From Octopus vulgaris (Eukaryota): 64,000 nt of DNA. The notes beneath the pieces are model-generated. The model ran no database searches, had not been told where the DNA came from, and saw only the letters and a list, made by a program, of their open reading frames with translations. Where the stretch lies: assembly GCA_951406725.2 (NCBI GenBank), contig OX597830.1, positions 18,786,001 through 18,850,000 of the forward strand, read 5' to 3'. Numbering within the stretch: the stretch's first letter is position 1; each line of letters opens with the position of its first letter. This document shows positions 11,906 to 24,169 of this stretch, piece after piece. The position numbers were made by a program, and so were the translations under genes.

Positions 11906-11909
<4 letters not shown>

Positions 11910-12188
11910 TCGTTGCCGTTCATCAGACAGTTTTTGCTCAAAAACTGCAAAACTGTCTGATGAACGGGTTGAATTTTTTCAGTTTCCGTCTCAGGCGTTA
12001 CATCAGTTTCTGTCTCAGAGGGGACATACAAGGACAGACAAACGTATAGGGCGAAGTAGCTTAAAACGTTTTAGTATTTACAATATAATAGGTACAAATT
12101 TCAATAAAAGTTTACAAATTTCATGTTACATAGTAGGGCAAGGGACACAGCCCTCTGGGTAAAACCTTTACTTCTTGATCCGGCACAC

Positions 12189-15065
12189 TTACCTGGTGCT
12201 AAACATACCCAGCATGCAAGCCACAGGCTTCCATCTTTTCATAAACATATCTCGTGACAGACACCTCTTCTCCAGCCTGATCTTACTACCGAGTTGGTAA
12301 CTAAAAAAGTTAACCAACCCCTGGTCAGATACAAAGATACCTGTCACTATACCTTTCGTATGCGTCTTCCATACTGTTTCTTTCAGTATGGCTGCTACGC
12401 AGGAAAGACAAGCCTTCCTTTCCCTGCTGAGGAAAGGAGATGGCACAATCTCAATGATAGACTCCGCTGATAGCTGTACTATTCCACTCACTGACAACAG
12501 TTGTTCGGCAAAATAATCAGTCCCGATAACTCCGGGAACTCCACGAATGCGTGCAAGACGGTTTCCCTATCCTGCTCACATCGCGGACATGTCGGCGAGA
12601 CGGCACTTCCGTGCCTTGACAGCTTGTCGCGAACAGGTAACGCCGCACGGAAACACTGCCAGGCTAGGGATTTATGGTAATTATCCAAATACCTCGGCCC
12701 GAACGTTCTCCGGAACAGGTTGAGTAACTGATTTTCATCGTAGCCCAGGATCTCCCCCAAGACGTCTTCTGACAAATTCCACTAACCCGCTATAGAAATC
12801 CGCGGTGGAACTCCTGTTGCCGGCAGTGCCCGCCCGAAAGAGTAGCTGGAGTGCCTGACGACACTCCAATTGCCATCCCCCCAGTTTAGGTCTCCGCTTG
12901 ATCCATGCACCGGTGTCCGTTAAGGACGTTAACTGGGGAAGGTAGAACCGAACGTGCGGTGACCACAACTGCTCTCCATCTAGATAAAGCCAGAAGTGCC
13001 TCAATCTTTACGCGAATTTTCGCATCTTCAACCAAGGCATCCCTAGCCCACCCTTTAGCGGTTTCTGGCAGCAGACAGAGCGCTTTACAAGTGGCTTTCC
13101 TCCTGTCCACAAAAAGGATTCTCTCCAACATGTTCATCCACAAATCGGGGCAAGGCACCACGGTCAGATGGTAGGTGATTACTGATGCTATGAACATCTG
13201 CACTACCTCCGCCCTCCCTAGCAGAGATAACGCCCATCCAGACCAGACGCAGCAAATGATTTTAGCTCAATAGAGGCCATCGATTGGTTAAAATTCGAAA
13301 AATTAAACTACGTTAAACTTACAAATTACAATTTTCTCAAGAAAGCCAAGAGAAAAAAAATGTTTTATTTTGATACATTCTACCAGTATACGAAGTTTAA
13401 AAGTGTTTAGTTAACTAGAAATTGTGTTGAAAACTGCCGTTCAAAAGGAAAAGATCCCACGTTTGAGCTTCCCCGACAAGTTTGTCCACGACCCGCACCA
13501 ACCTTTTCGCTAGCACCTTGGCCAAAATCTTTAACTCTGTGTTCAGCAGAGTTATGGGCCTGAAGTTCCCTATCTCGTCCCCCTTGCTCGGGTCCTTCCT
13601 GATCAACGTCACCACCCCCGGCTCGCAGACTTGGAAATTCTCCCATTCTGCTGCCAATTGGCGAAGACGCTAGCCAGCAGGTGCCCGAACAAGTCTGGCA
13701 TACTTTTACAAAACTCATAAGGCAGACCATCGAGACCCGGCGACTTCTCCTCGGGGCACTCGCCCAACACCTCGATTACTTCCTCAGCTGTGATTGGCCC
13801 CTCACAGCACGTGCCGAGAGACGCGGGCCACCAGACAGGAAGTCCCTAAGGACCTCACTATGATCCAGCGTCCCGCACCTCCCGAACAACTCGGCGAAGT
13901 GCTTGTAAAGTGCCTCACACATCTCGTCCCGCTCCTTGACCGTGCATTCGTTTTCGTCAACAAGAGACCTAATTGTGGCATCGTTTCCACGCTGTGTTTC
14001 TATCGTACGGGCCCATCCGGCACATTAATTCCCTCACGGCCCAATGCTCGCACTTTAGCCTGAACTCTACACCCCTGATGTTTGATTTTGAGGTGACAGT
14101 CTAATGCTGTTCTCACCGCCAAAATGTGAGATGCAGAGCCCAACCTCAACGCCTCCTCTAAGTTCTTAATTGCCCTTTTATTCCAGCCCTGTCTAGTCTT
14201 AGTTGCTTACTAAACCTAATGGACTCTAATCGAATGGCTCTTTTAAGGGCGAACCACCACCGGTTATTTACCACGGCTCCGGTTAACGCCTTCTGCACTA
14301 ACTCCTTAATCCAACTACGGTATGCCTTACAAGTCAAAATAGACTTGTTCAGCTTCCAGTAGCCGGGTCCTATCTTAAGTGTGCTACTTATGTCCAGTCT
14401 ACACTTGATCATTCTATGGTCAGTATAGGACACCTGGACAAGCTGTGGACAACTAAAACTAGACTTATCTAGTTCTTATCACTATCCTATCTAGATAAGA
14501 CTTGAACCTTCCGTCGCCTCTCATCCAGGTCCACTCTGGGACGTTCGGATGGTCAAGTCTGTAACGATCTGCCAGCTGAAACCTCTTAAGCAGAAGCACG
14601 AGTTCACTTATCTATGGATCGAGCCAACACTATCGAGGTGTACGTCAACGATAGCATTTAATACCACTAATGTCTTCGATGTCACGAGAAAGCCCTCTAG
14701 GCGCCGATAAAAATCAGTTTGGAAACCTCTAGCACAAGGTGCATAGAGTCCGATCAACCTGAAAGCCTTACTGCTGTATATCACATCAAGGACGACCAGC
14801 CCACCTTCAGGGTCCACGTAGACTGTACTTGTCTGCAGAGCCAAGCCTTTACGGATCAGTACCACTACACCCCCTCGCCCTCCGGTCTGGCCAGGAGACA
14901 TGATTTTCTCGTAGCCATTCAGGAGAGGCGAGAAGGTTTGTAGACTGTCCAGCTTGGTCTCTGTAGCAACCATTACATGTATATCATGTGATCGAAGATC
15001 GTCGAGGAAACACGCCTGCTTCCATTTCGAACTCAGACCACGCACATTTAAACAACCAAAGTTAA
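12189..15065 (-). pseudogene. Tx1 ORF2 (APE endonuclease-RT-zinc finger), disrupted
   Basis: CLNVRGL...ATETKL, FRLIGLYAP, TDHRMI...GPGYWKLNKSIL, KSPGLDGLPYEF, NFRPITLLNTELKILAKVLAKRL; multiple frameshifts. Confidence 0.9.
13250..13457. mobile_element. One-ended Merlin-type MITE inside Tx1 ORF2
   Basis: Ends AAAACTGCCGTTCAAAAGGAAAAGATCC, similar to the TIR of 23680-24107 and 49167-49561; the other end is missing. Confidence 0.75.
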
Positions 15066-15098
15066 ATGAGTCCGTTCACAAAAAGTAAAAAGTTCTAC

Positions 15099-16474
15099 TT
15101 ACTTTTTCCTTGGAGAAGCTGGGGTCGACTTCACCGCATGGGGATCAGCCCCTTCCTTCGCATAATCTGGTAATTCATTAATTTTCCAAATGGTGTGCGG
15201 GTTCCTTTCCCTTAAGTCGCGGTATAGGGTTTCCCCTATCGCTGCACATCTCCGCGTTAATTCTTTATGTTGAATATAAAGTTTTGTCCTCTGATGTGTC
15301 ACAATAGCTTCGTTGGTGTATTGTTCCGTAGTGTCGTATTCGACAAGCATACGGTTTTCCTCTTTTTCTTCCGGGGCAGTTGAGCGGGATTTCTTTTTTA
15401 TTGTCTTTTGTGTATTGTTTTGGTTTTTTGTAGGGGATATGGATGGGGAGGGTTTTCGTTTTCGAGGTGTTGTAAATCCACCCTCTGATACCTCCATGGT
15501 ATCGTCTGAGGGGTCAATGTCTGTGGGGGGTCACACTTTTTGGAGCAGTCGGTGCCACAGCTTCCAAGGGGATGGGTGTTTTTACATTTGTAGGGGTTTG
15601 TGCGTGCAGGGGCTGAGTCTTTTTTGTCGTTTGTTTCGGGGCTGGCACCACAACAGGGGGAGAGGGAATTTTTTTGTTTGTGGGGATTTGTGTGTTTGCG
15701 GGGGTGGGTTTTTTTGGTTATTTGAGGGGCCTGGTATTTGCGACAACTTTTTTTTTTCTTCACAGTCCGCTCGAATGTGGCCCTTTTTTCCGCACTGTTA
15801 ACAGGTGGGCTTACGGCCTTCCACCTGTACCCTAAGGGCCATATTCTCCCCAACGAGCACTCACTCTGGTAGGACCTGAAGGTCCTCCTGTGTCCCCTGA
15901 ATCAGGATCGTAGCGCTTCGCCCGAGTCAATTCTGGGGGGTGGGGTGGAGCATGTTATTTGTAAGATTTTTATTTGGTCCGCCATATCAAACAACAGGGC
16001 GGCCACCACTTCTCTTGGGTCTACTTTAGGCGGTACTTCATTTATTCTTAATCTAGATATTCTTTTCCCCATATACATGGGTAGAAGTACCACCTCATTT
16101 GACTTCAGGGGACACGCGGAGTGCCCGCGGGCCACCTCTTCGTCTGAGAAGCGAACCTCGACTGAGTCATATGTCCGTCCCCTTGCAATGTACGTTATTT
16201 CCCTCCATATCGGGGACAGGCATTTCTCTATTTTTGCTTCTTCAAAGTGTTTAAACCTTCTGTCTTTTGGGCAGACGGTTTTGAACACTACGGTCCGCTT
16301 TTCAGCGTCCACCACAGTTGAAGAAGGTGATATTATCACATCACCTCCTTCTTTATTCATACGTTTAAAATATCCCTGTAGCATACCCACAGGCATATCA
16401 ATGTTTCCGGTTGCCACTGCGGCAACCTCCGGAAACTTTTTTTCCATTGTTAACATGACAGCCGACATCATCAT
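15099..16474 (-). pseudogene. Tx1 ORF1 (nucleic-acid binding, zinc knuckle), disrupted
   Basis: ORF segments 15902-16474 and 15099-15497; VEGRKPTC*QCGKKGHIRADC at ~15762-15823. Confidence 0.8.
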
Positions 16475-17072
16475 TGCTCTTTATAAGAGCACACTTTTCG
16501 TGTATAATTTCCACCGACATGGTTGAAATTAATAACACGAGTAATAAAATTAATTAAATTGGTTTCTCACAAACTGGGAAACCTATAAAAAATTTTTCCT
16601 CTCAAAGAGGATAATAAATTTTTGAATTATGTAATACAGTTCAAATCCCACCCCCGTTAGGGGGAGGGGCACAAAAATAGTCTAAAGACTATTACAATTC
16701 AAAAATGTTATTCACACACGAAGAAAAAAGCCACAATGGCCAAAGTTCAGTATTTTTACGAAAGTGTTAAATTATTAAATTATTCCCAGGTAAGACCGAG
16801 GAATAAAACAATTCAAAAACGTTCAAATGTAACTCTTTGTTTCAAAGGTAACACATCCAAAAAGTAATATCAACAAAACAGTAACAAAGAAGCAATAACA
16901 ACAGCAAAAATTCTTACCACGAGGAAAGACACGTATTGACCCTTCTATGGTTAGCACACAGCCATTCTTGCGCCTTGGTAAAGTATATGTAAATGATGAG
17001 ACTTTTTTGTTCGAGAAAAAAATACGGTATTTATTATAATGAAGTGAGAGATAACCTAAAAAAGATCGAATA

Positions 17073-17413
17073 TCTTTTATCTTTTACTTGTTTCAGTCAT
17101 TTCACTGCGGCCATGCTAGAGCACGCCTCCAAGGGTATTTAGCCGAACATATCGACCCCAGGACTTTTTTTTTAAAGCCTAGCATTATTCTATCGGTCTC
17201 TTACCGAACAGCTAAATTACGGAGCCATAAACACCGGTTATCACAGACACAAAGACACACAAATATGCGACGGGCTTCTTTCAGTTTTCGTCAACCAGAT
17301 CCACTCAGAAGGATCTGGTCGGCCCGAGGCTATAGTAGAAGACATTTGCCAAAGGTGGTACTGAACCTTAAACCATGTGGTTGTGAAGCAAGCTTCTTAC
17401 CAAATAGTCACAC
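17073..17413 (-). mobile_element. SINE-A, degenerate
   Basis: Family consensus with deletions. Confidence 0.75.
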
Positions 17414-17571
17414 TTAAGGTGTAGATTAGATGCAGTTTCGATATTAAGCATCATAAATCTTTGACATCATTCTCATCGATTTTGCATACTTACATGATTC
17501 TCCATACCAAATGCCCTTCCTATCGCCAACCCTCACCTATTTTTAAGTAAAGTAATATTTCCCCATGACAA

Positions 17572-17782
17572 AGCGGAAGGTTGGCAGAAGTTAGAAAGCT
17601 GGGCAAAATGTTTAGCGGTATTTCGTCCGTTTTTACGTTCTGAGTTCAAATTCCGCCGAGATCGACTTTGCCTTTCACCTTTTCGAAGTCGATAAAATAC
17701 GTAGCAGTTATGCGCTTGGATGGACGTAATCGACTTATTTCTTCCCTCAAAATTGCTAGCCTTGTGCCAAAATTTGAAATTA
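17572..17782 (+). mobile_element. SINE-B with alternative tail
   Basis: Head, GAGTTCAAATTCC, central domain, tail AAATTGCTAGCCTTGTGCCAAAATTTGAAA. Confidence 0.8.
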
Positions 17783-17820
17783 ATATTTCCCTATGGCCAG
17801 ATGTTTTTCACGAAATATAT

Positions 17821-18085
17821 TTGGTAGACGGAAACTGAAAGAAGCCCGTCGTATATATGTATATATATATATATGCGTGTGTGTGTTTGTGTCTGTCCTC
17901 CTAGCATTGCTTGACAACCGATGCTGGTGTGTTTATGTCCCCGTCACTTAGCGGTTCGGCAAAAGAGACCGATAGAATAAGTACTGGGCTTACAAAAGAA
18001 TAAGTCACGGGGTTGAGTTGCTCGATTAAAGGCGGTGCTCCAGCATGGCCGCAGTCAAATGACTGAAACAAGTAAAAGAATAAAA
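17821..18085 (+). mobile_element. SINE-A, 5'-truncated
   Basis: Family consensus from TTGGTAGACGGAAACTG to tail. Confidence 0.85.
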
Positions 18086-20075
18086 GAAAAAAGAATTGAG
18101 ATTAATTGTTGTGGGATACCCTCCGCTTGAAATGTCAAGCAAAAATCTAACTGAAGATTCTAATTGGTCTACATTAAAAAAATTATTTACCTTTATTTGA
18201 CTGTTAATTTCCATAAGGATAAGGTTTCTGAGAGATCATTCTAATTTGCAAAGTCTGCTCAGGTTTCAGTTGCTGTAGTCTTATTTAGTAATTCTCTCAT
18301 CACTACTTCGGCAAGCACGCTTAAGTCATGCTTCGTTGAGGAAGTCTATTAATACCGAAACATGTTTGGAGTTGTCTCCTGTCCTTTCTCAAATGATTAA
18401 ACTACTTGACTATTTACTGAGCTAGTGCTAACCTCTTTTCACTCCATTAATATTTCTAATAAGATTTGAAAAAAAAAAAAATGCGACCCCAAAAAATACT
18501 ATTAAATTAAATGCTAACTGTATTATATGAAGTTTGGCAGAGCGTTAAAAAATTCAGGATGGCTGAGGATTTAGCAACTGAAGGTCTCTGGGTAACGAGA
18601 CAAGAAATTATAAAAACCCGCATATCTGGTCACAATTAAACATCTACGTCAGGCAATATATAACAGTACAGGGGGTGGGGCAGCGAATAAATTTTGCGAT
18701 AATTTAATAGCTTAATTCTGCAAGAAGGAATAATGACTTGGCTAAATTTATTCAAAGTTAGTCACCAGAAGATTGCTGACAGAAAATGAATGCATGAAAG
18801 CGAGAAAAGCTGACCGTGACATTTAAAAACACGGTTTAACGTAAAAGATGGTTGGTTGGTAAAGAAAAGCATAATATCGAAAAATATCAATGCTAGAAAT
18901 AGCAGTCAAAATTTCATTATATCTGTTCTCGGTAAAATGAGTTAAGAGTCTTAATATAAAAATTATTTTCACTATAAAAAAAACCCCAAAAACATGCGAA
19001 TAGGGAAATGAAGAAACACGTGTTTGGATAACATATGTATTACCTGTAGTATTTACTTTTCGTAAGACGAATATTTAGGAGAACAGCATATTTTGTTTTT
19101 TTTTTCATCAAAACTTGTTCGTCTTAGACCAAGGGTACTTTTTGTTTTTTGAATAAAAGCGGGTGTTTTCCACGACTCAGTAACCTTTTCCATTCGATTC
19201 TATCAAATAAAACTTTCTTGAGAATCATGTGCATTTGCAAATTGGTTTTGTTGTTTGTGTTCCGTCATTTGTTCTCTGTGTGGACCCTTACAAGAACGAA
19301 AAAGGAACTTTCATTCCAAAGTGAAAATTATACTAATATTTGAGTAGCAGTTCTTTTATAATAAATTTAAAATTTGAGGTGGTCTACGGGGGAAAAAAAT
19401 TACTTATTTTGGTGGTCCACAGCGAAAAAAGGTATGGAACTCCTGTCCTAGATATTACCGTTGACGTCTTTGCGAGCAACTAAACTTCAAAGTGAGAAAA
19501 CATTATTGACCTCAATAAGCTCAGATGAACACAGACGATTCCTTTTGGCGGGTAAATATCTAGGCCACACCTGACTATTTTTCAAGCTGACTTTCACAGC
19601 AGCTCAGCTGTTTTCTGTCAAGTCTGAATGATATCGAACAAGTTGATTGAAATGCCAGGCCAGTCAAGTTAGTAGAAAAGCTGAAATCGATTAATAAAAT
19701 GTTCCATCTTACTTGAATATAAGATTCGAAAATATACAATATGTCGTTACTATTTATTTATTTTTGCTGTGTGGTGATAAGTTTGACCTTACCCACGCGT
19801 GTTCCCCACCGACTTTGTTTCGAATTGACTTTGTTTCCTCGTGACCTTCCGGAAAAATAAGTATTTTTTACGAAATTTTCAGCAAATACCCTTCAGGTTG
19901 TATAGATTACGACTGTATCGGAATTTAAGGTAAAAAAAAAAATTTTTTTTAATGGCGGGCGCGCATACACACTTTTTTCAAAATTTCAAGTTTCATTTTG
20001 TAAACATACGAGATGTGTGTTAGTTTGTATGTGTGAGCGAACACTATATATATATATATATATATAGTGTGAGCG

Positions 20076-20149
<74 letters not shown>

Positions 20150-20150
<1 letters not shown>

Positions 20151-20575
20151 TTCTTTATTAGCCACACAGAAGGGACAGATTACAAAGTAGAGCTTTTCTT
20201 TTTGGGAAAAAAAGGTGGGGTAGGTTTTCGATCAAAAGGGATCGTAAAAGGGAAAGAAGAAGAAAAAAAAGGAAAAGAAACAAAAGAAAAAACGATCAAT
20301 AGGGATCGTGTATCACAGTGTCATGATGTAAAGGGGCAAGCAGATAAGGTTTATCCGTGGGAAGAAAGGCCTACGGAAAAGACCACGGTAACCTCGGTCA
20401 ATATTGTTACATGTTACCACATTTGTTTGCAAGTAGGTAACCCTCTGTTTTAATTTTCCGGGTTCATAGGATTATGCTCAAGGTGGCTTCGTCATTCATA
20501 CGTGCCATCCTTGCTACATTCACCCATCTTTTTTTTTAAACATTCGCTAGACAAAACTTGCCTCTCTACTCTCAC
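20150..20575 (-). mobile_element. 3' end of a second Tx1-like LINE family
   Basis: Minus-strand peptide LSSECLKK.RWVNVARMARM resembles the ORF2 C-terminus at 12189-12260; 3' UTR ends TGTCCCTTCTGTGTGGCTAATAAAGAA next to (CA)n. Confidence 0.65.
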
Positions 20576-21064
20576 TTATAAATTGGGAAAATATCTTACA
20601 GCTGTTTCAGCCAAGAGCCACAATACCTCATTCTACCTTTATTCCTCAAGTAGACTGAAGTAATAAGTAGATGAAATTGAGGTACTTGAGTGTACATCAA
20701 ATTCTGATAAAATCGCTATCTACACTACCTGAAATGTACGTGTGGGAAATTTCATTAAAACAATATTTATTTCTCTGAAAAGTAATGAGGAAACAAAGTT
20801 GGAATGAGGGTGGGGCACACATATGTAGGTTTCACAGAAGTTTGCTTCCCAACCACATGGTTCTGGGTTCAGTCTCAATGCACGCCACCATGGCCTACTG
20901 TCTACTGCTGTAGCCTCAAGCCAACCAAAGCCTCGAAAGTGTTGATATAGTTGGAAGAAACTGAAAAAAAGCCCACCGAACACACACACACACACACACA
21001 TACATGTATGTATGTATGTATGTATGTATGTATGTGTGTGTGTGTTATTATTCCTCACCAATAA

Positions 21065-21237
21065 GGTGGCGAGTTGGCAGAGACGCTAGCACGCCAAGCG
21101 AAATGCTTAGCAGTATTTCGTCTATCTTTACGTTCTGAGTTCAAATTCCGCCGAGGTCGACATAGCCTTTCGTCTTTTCGGGGTCGATAAATTAAATACC
21201 AGTTGCGTACCGGGATCGATCTAATCGACTGGCCCCA
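21065..21237 (+). mobile_element. SINE-B, 3'-truncated
   Basis: Head and central domain present. Confidence 0.85.
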
Positions 21238-21252
21238 AGATGTCACGCAGTA

Positions 21253-21559
21253 GTTGTTTGTTCCTTCTCGAGCCATGCCTGGCTCATTAGGGCCGGTTTC
21301 CCGGTTTCCTTGGCGTATAGGTTCCCCACCTGGATGGGACGCCGGTCCGTCGCAGGTGAGCTGCAAGATGCAAGAGGAAAGAGTGAGAGAAAATTGTGGC
21401 GAAAGAGTCAGCAGAAGTTCGCCATTACCTTCTGCCGGAGCCGCGTGGAGCTTAGGTGTTTCGCTCATAAACACACACACATCGCCCGGTCTGAGATTCG
21501 AACCCGTGATCCTTCGACTGCGAGTCCGCTGCTCTAACCACTAGGCCATGTGCCTCCAC
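21253..21559 (-). mobile_element. tRNA-derived SINE-C
   Basis: Head GTGGAGGCACATGGCCTAGTGGTTAGAGCAGCGGACTC...GGTTCGAATCTC; tail CCTGCGACGGACCGGCGTCCCATCCAG...GAAACCGG. Confidence 0.85.
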
Positions 21560-22374
21560 CACACAGTAGAACTGAACCCGTTGCTATATGGCTGCAAAGC
21601 ATCTTCTTGACTACACAGCCATGTCTGTGTACTACACAGCCATGTCTGTGTAGCGACAGCGTTTTTACAATCCGCTACACCAGTTTCTAAAAACATCTCT
21701 AAGCAATCTCATTTTTACTTTTTTTTTACATCAACCTGTGTAACCTTGAACATTTACTTAGTGATACTCTCTAATCATTACATTAGAAAAAAATATTCTT
21801 TTTGTTTTTATCTTTTTCCTTACATAATTGTTTCTAGTTAGCCATTTAATGTTCTCTGAGTTTAATTAAACTAATATTCAGTAAAATGCTTGGAATATTG
21901 TAATTGCAAGTAAAAATCCTCAAGCATTTTGTAAATCGTAATACATAGTTACAAAACTAATTCTTCTATTTTATCGCAGCTAATACAGAGAATTTGTGTG
22001 TTTATAATAATAGACGTTCTCAGGTTAAATTTATTAAAAGCCAAAGCAAAATCGCTTCTATTGAGTTATCAACAATTACTATTTTTAAAAGCGTTGTTGT
22101 TTTTCAGCTTTATTTTGTCACAAAGCCATTAAAACAACGATAATTAGTTACCTATTTATAAATGTACAATGGATAAAAGAAGAAATCCAATAAAGAATAT
22201 GTTTAGAACCACAATTAAAAAGGTACGTTTGCAAATAATTTTTTATAAGTGAAGCCAGTAAAAAAGCCTCCCTGCGGTCATTCGACCGACTAGAAATAAC
22301 AACTAAATCTCTTTCAATTCACACCGTGCCATCTTAGAAATTGAAGAACCCATCAGATAATGTAGTCATAGATG

Positions 22375-22986
22375 TGTAGCGAACTCTAGTGAGCTTCCTC
22401 TCTTATATTACACACTTACGAACGTAGCAGGTAGCAGCTAACCTGTGGACGCTGTTTTGGACCCCGGTGTGTCTACCACTCTGGTTGGTTGGTTGGTTGG
22501 TATTGGCGCAATTTGTCTTTTACTCTATCGCGCGCCAATATACAACCCAATCAATCGCAACCTTTAAATAAGTCACGTGAGACAGTCTGTTCCAAACAAG
22601 CATTTGAGCCTACCGTCAGCTATAAAAGCTCACCTACATCTAGTCTCAACGTGCGTTGGTTCCCGACCTTCTAAGGTCTAACCACTGACCACATTACAGC
22701 GACCTCCATCATCGTCGCGACCATGAGGTCTCTGACCGACGTCGCCAGCATCTACACAGCACCAACACATTGCACTGGTTCTAACATATCGCTGTTCGTG
22801 AGCTTTACACCAGGGTTAACAGCTAACATACAACCCACTTAGATGCTTGCAGATATATGAATAAATGTCCATCAACCACTTCCATTCAGCTTGTGTATAT
22901 ATACGTGTGACTACAATAAACGTATTTAAAGTTGTCACCTTTGTTCCATGTATTTCTTTACTGGGTTCCTACCAAACCAGATTACA
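22375..22986 (+). mobile_element. Candidate solo LTR
   Basis: Begins TGTAG, ends TTACA; TATAAAA at 22621, AATAAA at 22915; GC-richer than flanks; no clear TSD. Confidence 0.5.
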
Positions 22987-22989
22987 GCC

Positions 22990-23365
22990 TTCTTTTGCTC
23001 TTTTACTTGTTTCAATCATTTGACTGCGGCCATGCTGGAGCACCACCTTTAGTCGAGTAGATCGACCCCAGGACTTATTCTTTGTAAGCCCAGTACTTAT
23101 TCTATCGGTCTCTTTTGCCGAACCGCTAAGTTACGGGAACGTAAACACACCAGCATCGGTTGTCAAGCGACGTTGGGGTGACCAACACAAACACACACAC
23201 ACACATACACACACACACATACAACGGGCTTCTTTCAGTTTATGTTTACCAAATCCACTCATAAGGCTATAGTAGAAGTCACTTGCCCAAGGTGCCACGC
23301 AGTGGGAATGAACCCGGAACCATGTGGTTCGTAAGCAAGCTACTTACCACACAGCCACTCCTGCA
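22990..23365 (-). mobile_element. SINE-A
   Basis: Family consensus. Confidence 0.85.
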
Positions 23366-23454
23366 CGTTCACGAACTGGAAATAACTAAGCCTGAAAATG
23401 CATGTCTTTTCGACACAGTCACAAATCGCCGACAACTTGTCCAAGACTTCTACG

Positions 23455-24150
23455 TTTGGGTACTGAGAACATTTATTTTGAGAAACCTGACAGCGATGCA
23501 GACACTTTGAAAGCACTTAAAGCTCTTGTTTTAAGTAGGTTGGACTTCAGCACACAAGTATGATCGCCTAGTACACCAAGCCTTACCCACTAAAAGTTAA
23601 GTGGGGTGGGGAGCTAAAACCATAAAGCAAATAAAAGTAAAACCTCAACTACTGGGAACGCCTCTGCGAATCATGTTTCGGATCTTTTCGGTTTGACCGG
23701 CAGTTTTTTTTTTAATAATTTCCACGTAACTAAATATTTTTAAACTTCGTATACTAGTAGAATGTGTTTGTAAAACATCTTTTTCTCTTGGCTTTATTGA
23801 GAAAATTCTATAGTTCGTAAGATATTTGTTGTTTTTTCTTCAATTTCTGCAATTTCAACCAATCAATGACGTCTGTTGAAGTAAAAAAAACATTCTGTGC
23901 CGTATGAATATGTCCCTCGTTTAAGAAACAGATTGGGTTTATTTACATTTGTGAAGAAAAAAACCCTAAACACCACCCCTAACCCTAACCCTAACCCTAA
24001 CCCTAAAACAGATTGAAATGCAATAGATCGATACCAGGGTCACAATTATGGGTGACAATTTCATATGACACCGCTAGAAAAAACTGCCGTTCAAACCGAA
24101 AAGATCCCATGTTTCTAATTTTTGGAAAGAAGGCGGTAACGATATGCCAT
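23455..24150 (+). mobile_element. CR1-like LINE RT C-terminal remnant interrupted by a MITE
   Basis: Frameshifted peptides WVLRTF...MQTL, ALVLSRLDFSTQV*SP, LNYWERL. Confidence 0.5.
23680..24107. mobile_element. Merlin-type MITE with internal (TAACCC)n
   Basis: ~28-bp TIRs GGATCTTTTCGGTTTGAMCGGCAGTTTT; perfect 8-bp TSD CATGTTTC (23672-23679, 24108-24115); telomere-like repeats at ~23977-24006. Confidence 0.85.
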
Positions 24151-24169
24151 CCGGTTCATCTCGTTTCTC

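Larger units (their letters stand above)
12016..16930 (-). mobile_element. Tx1-like (L1 clade) non-LTR retrotransposon, degenerate, RT core deleted
   Basis: ORF1 with CCHC knuckle; ORF2 with APE endonuclease, RT start, WSGWALSLLGRAEVV and C-terminal CPRC...ETVLHAF zinc motif; 3' UTR ends ...TGTCTGTCCTTGTATGTCCCCTCTG. Confidence 0.9.

Noticed and set aside
11955-11995. CTGATGA inside the 19-bp hairpin as a hammerhead core
   Set aside because: No correctly placed GAAA, stem III or NUH triplet on either strand
23960-24010. True telomere or chromosome-fusion scar
   Set aside because: The short repeat lies inside a TIR/TSD-bounded MITE that has a second copy in the window
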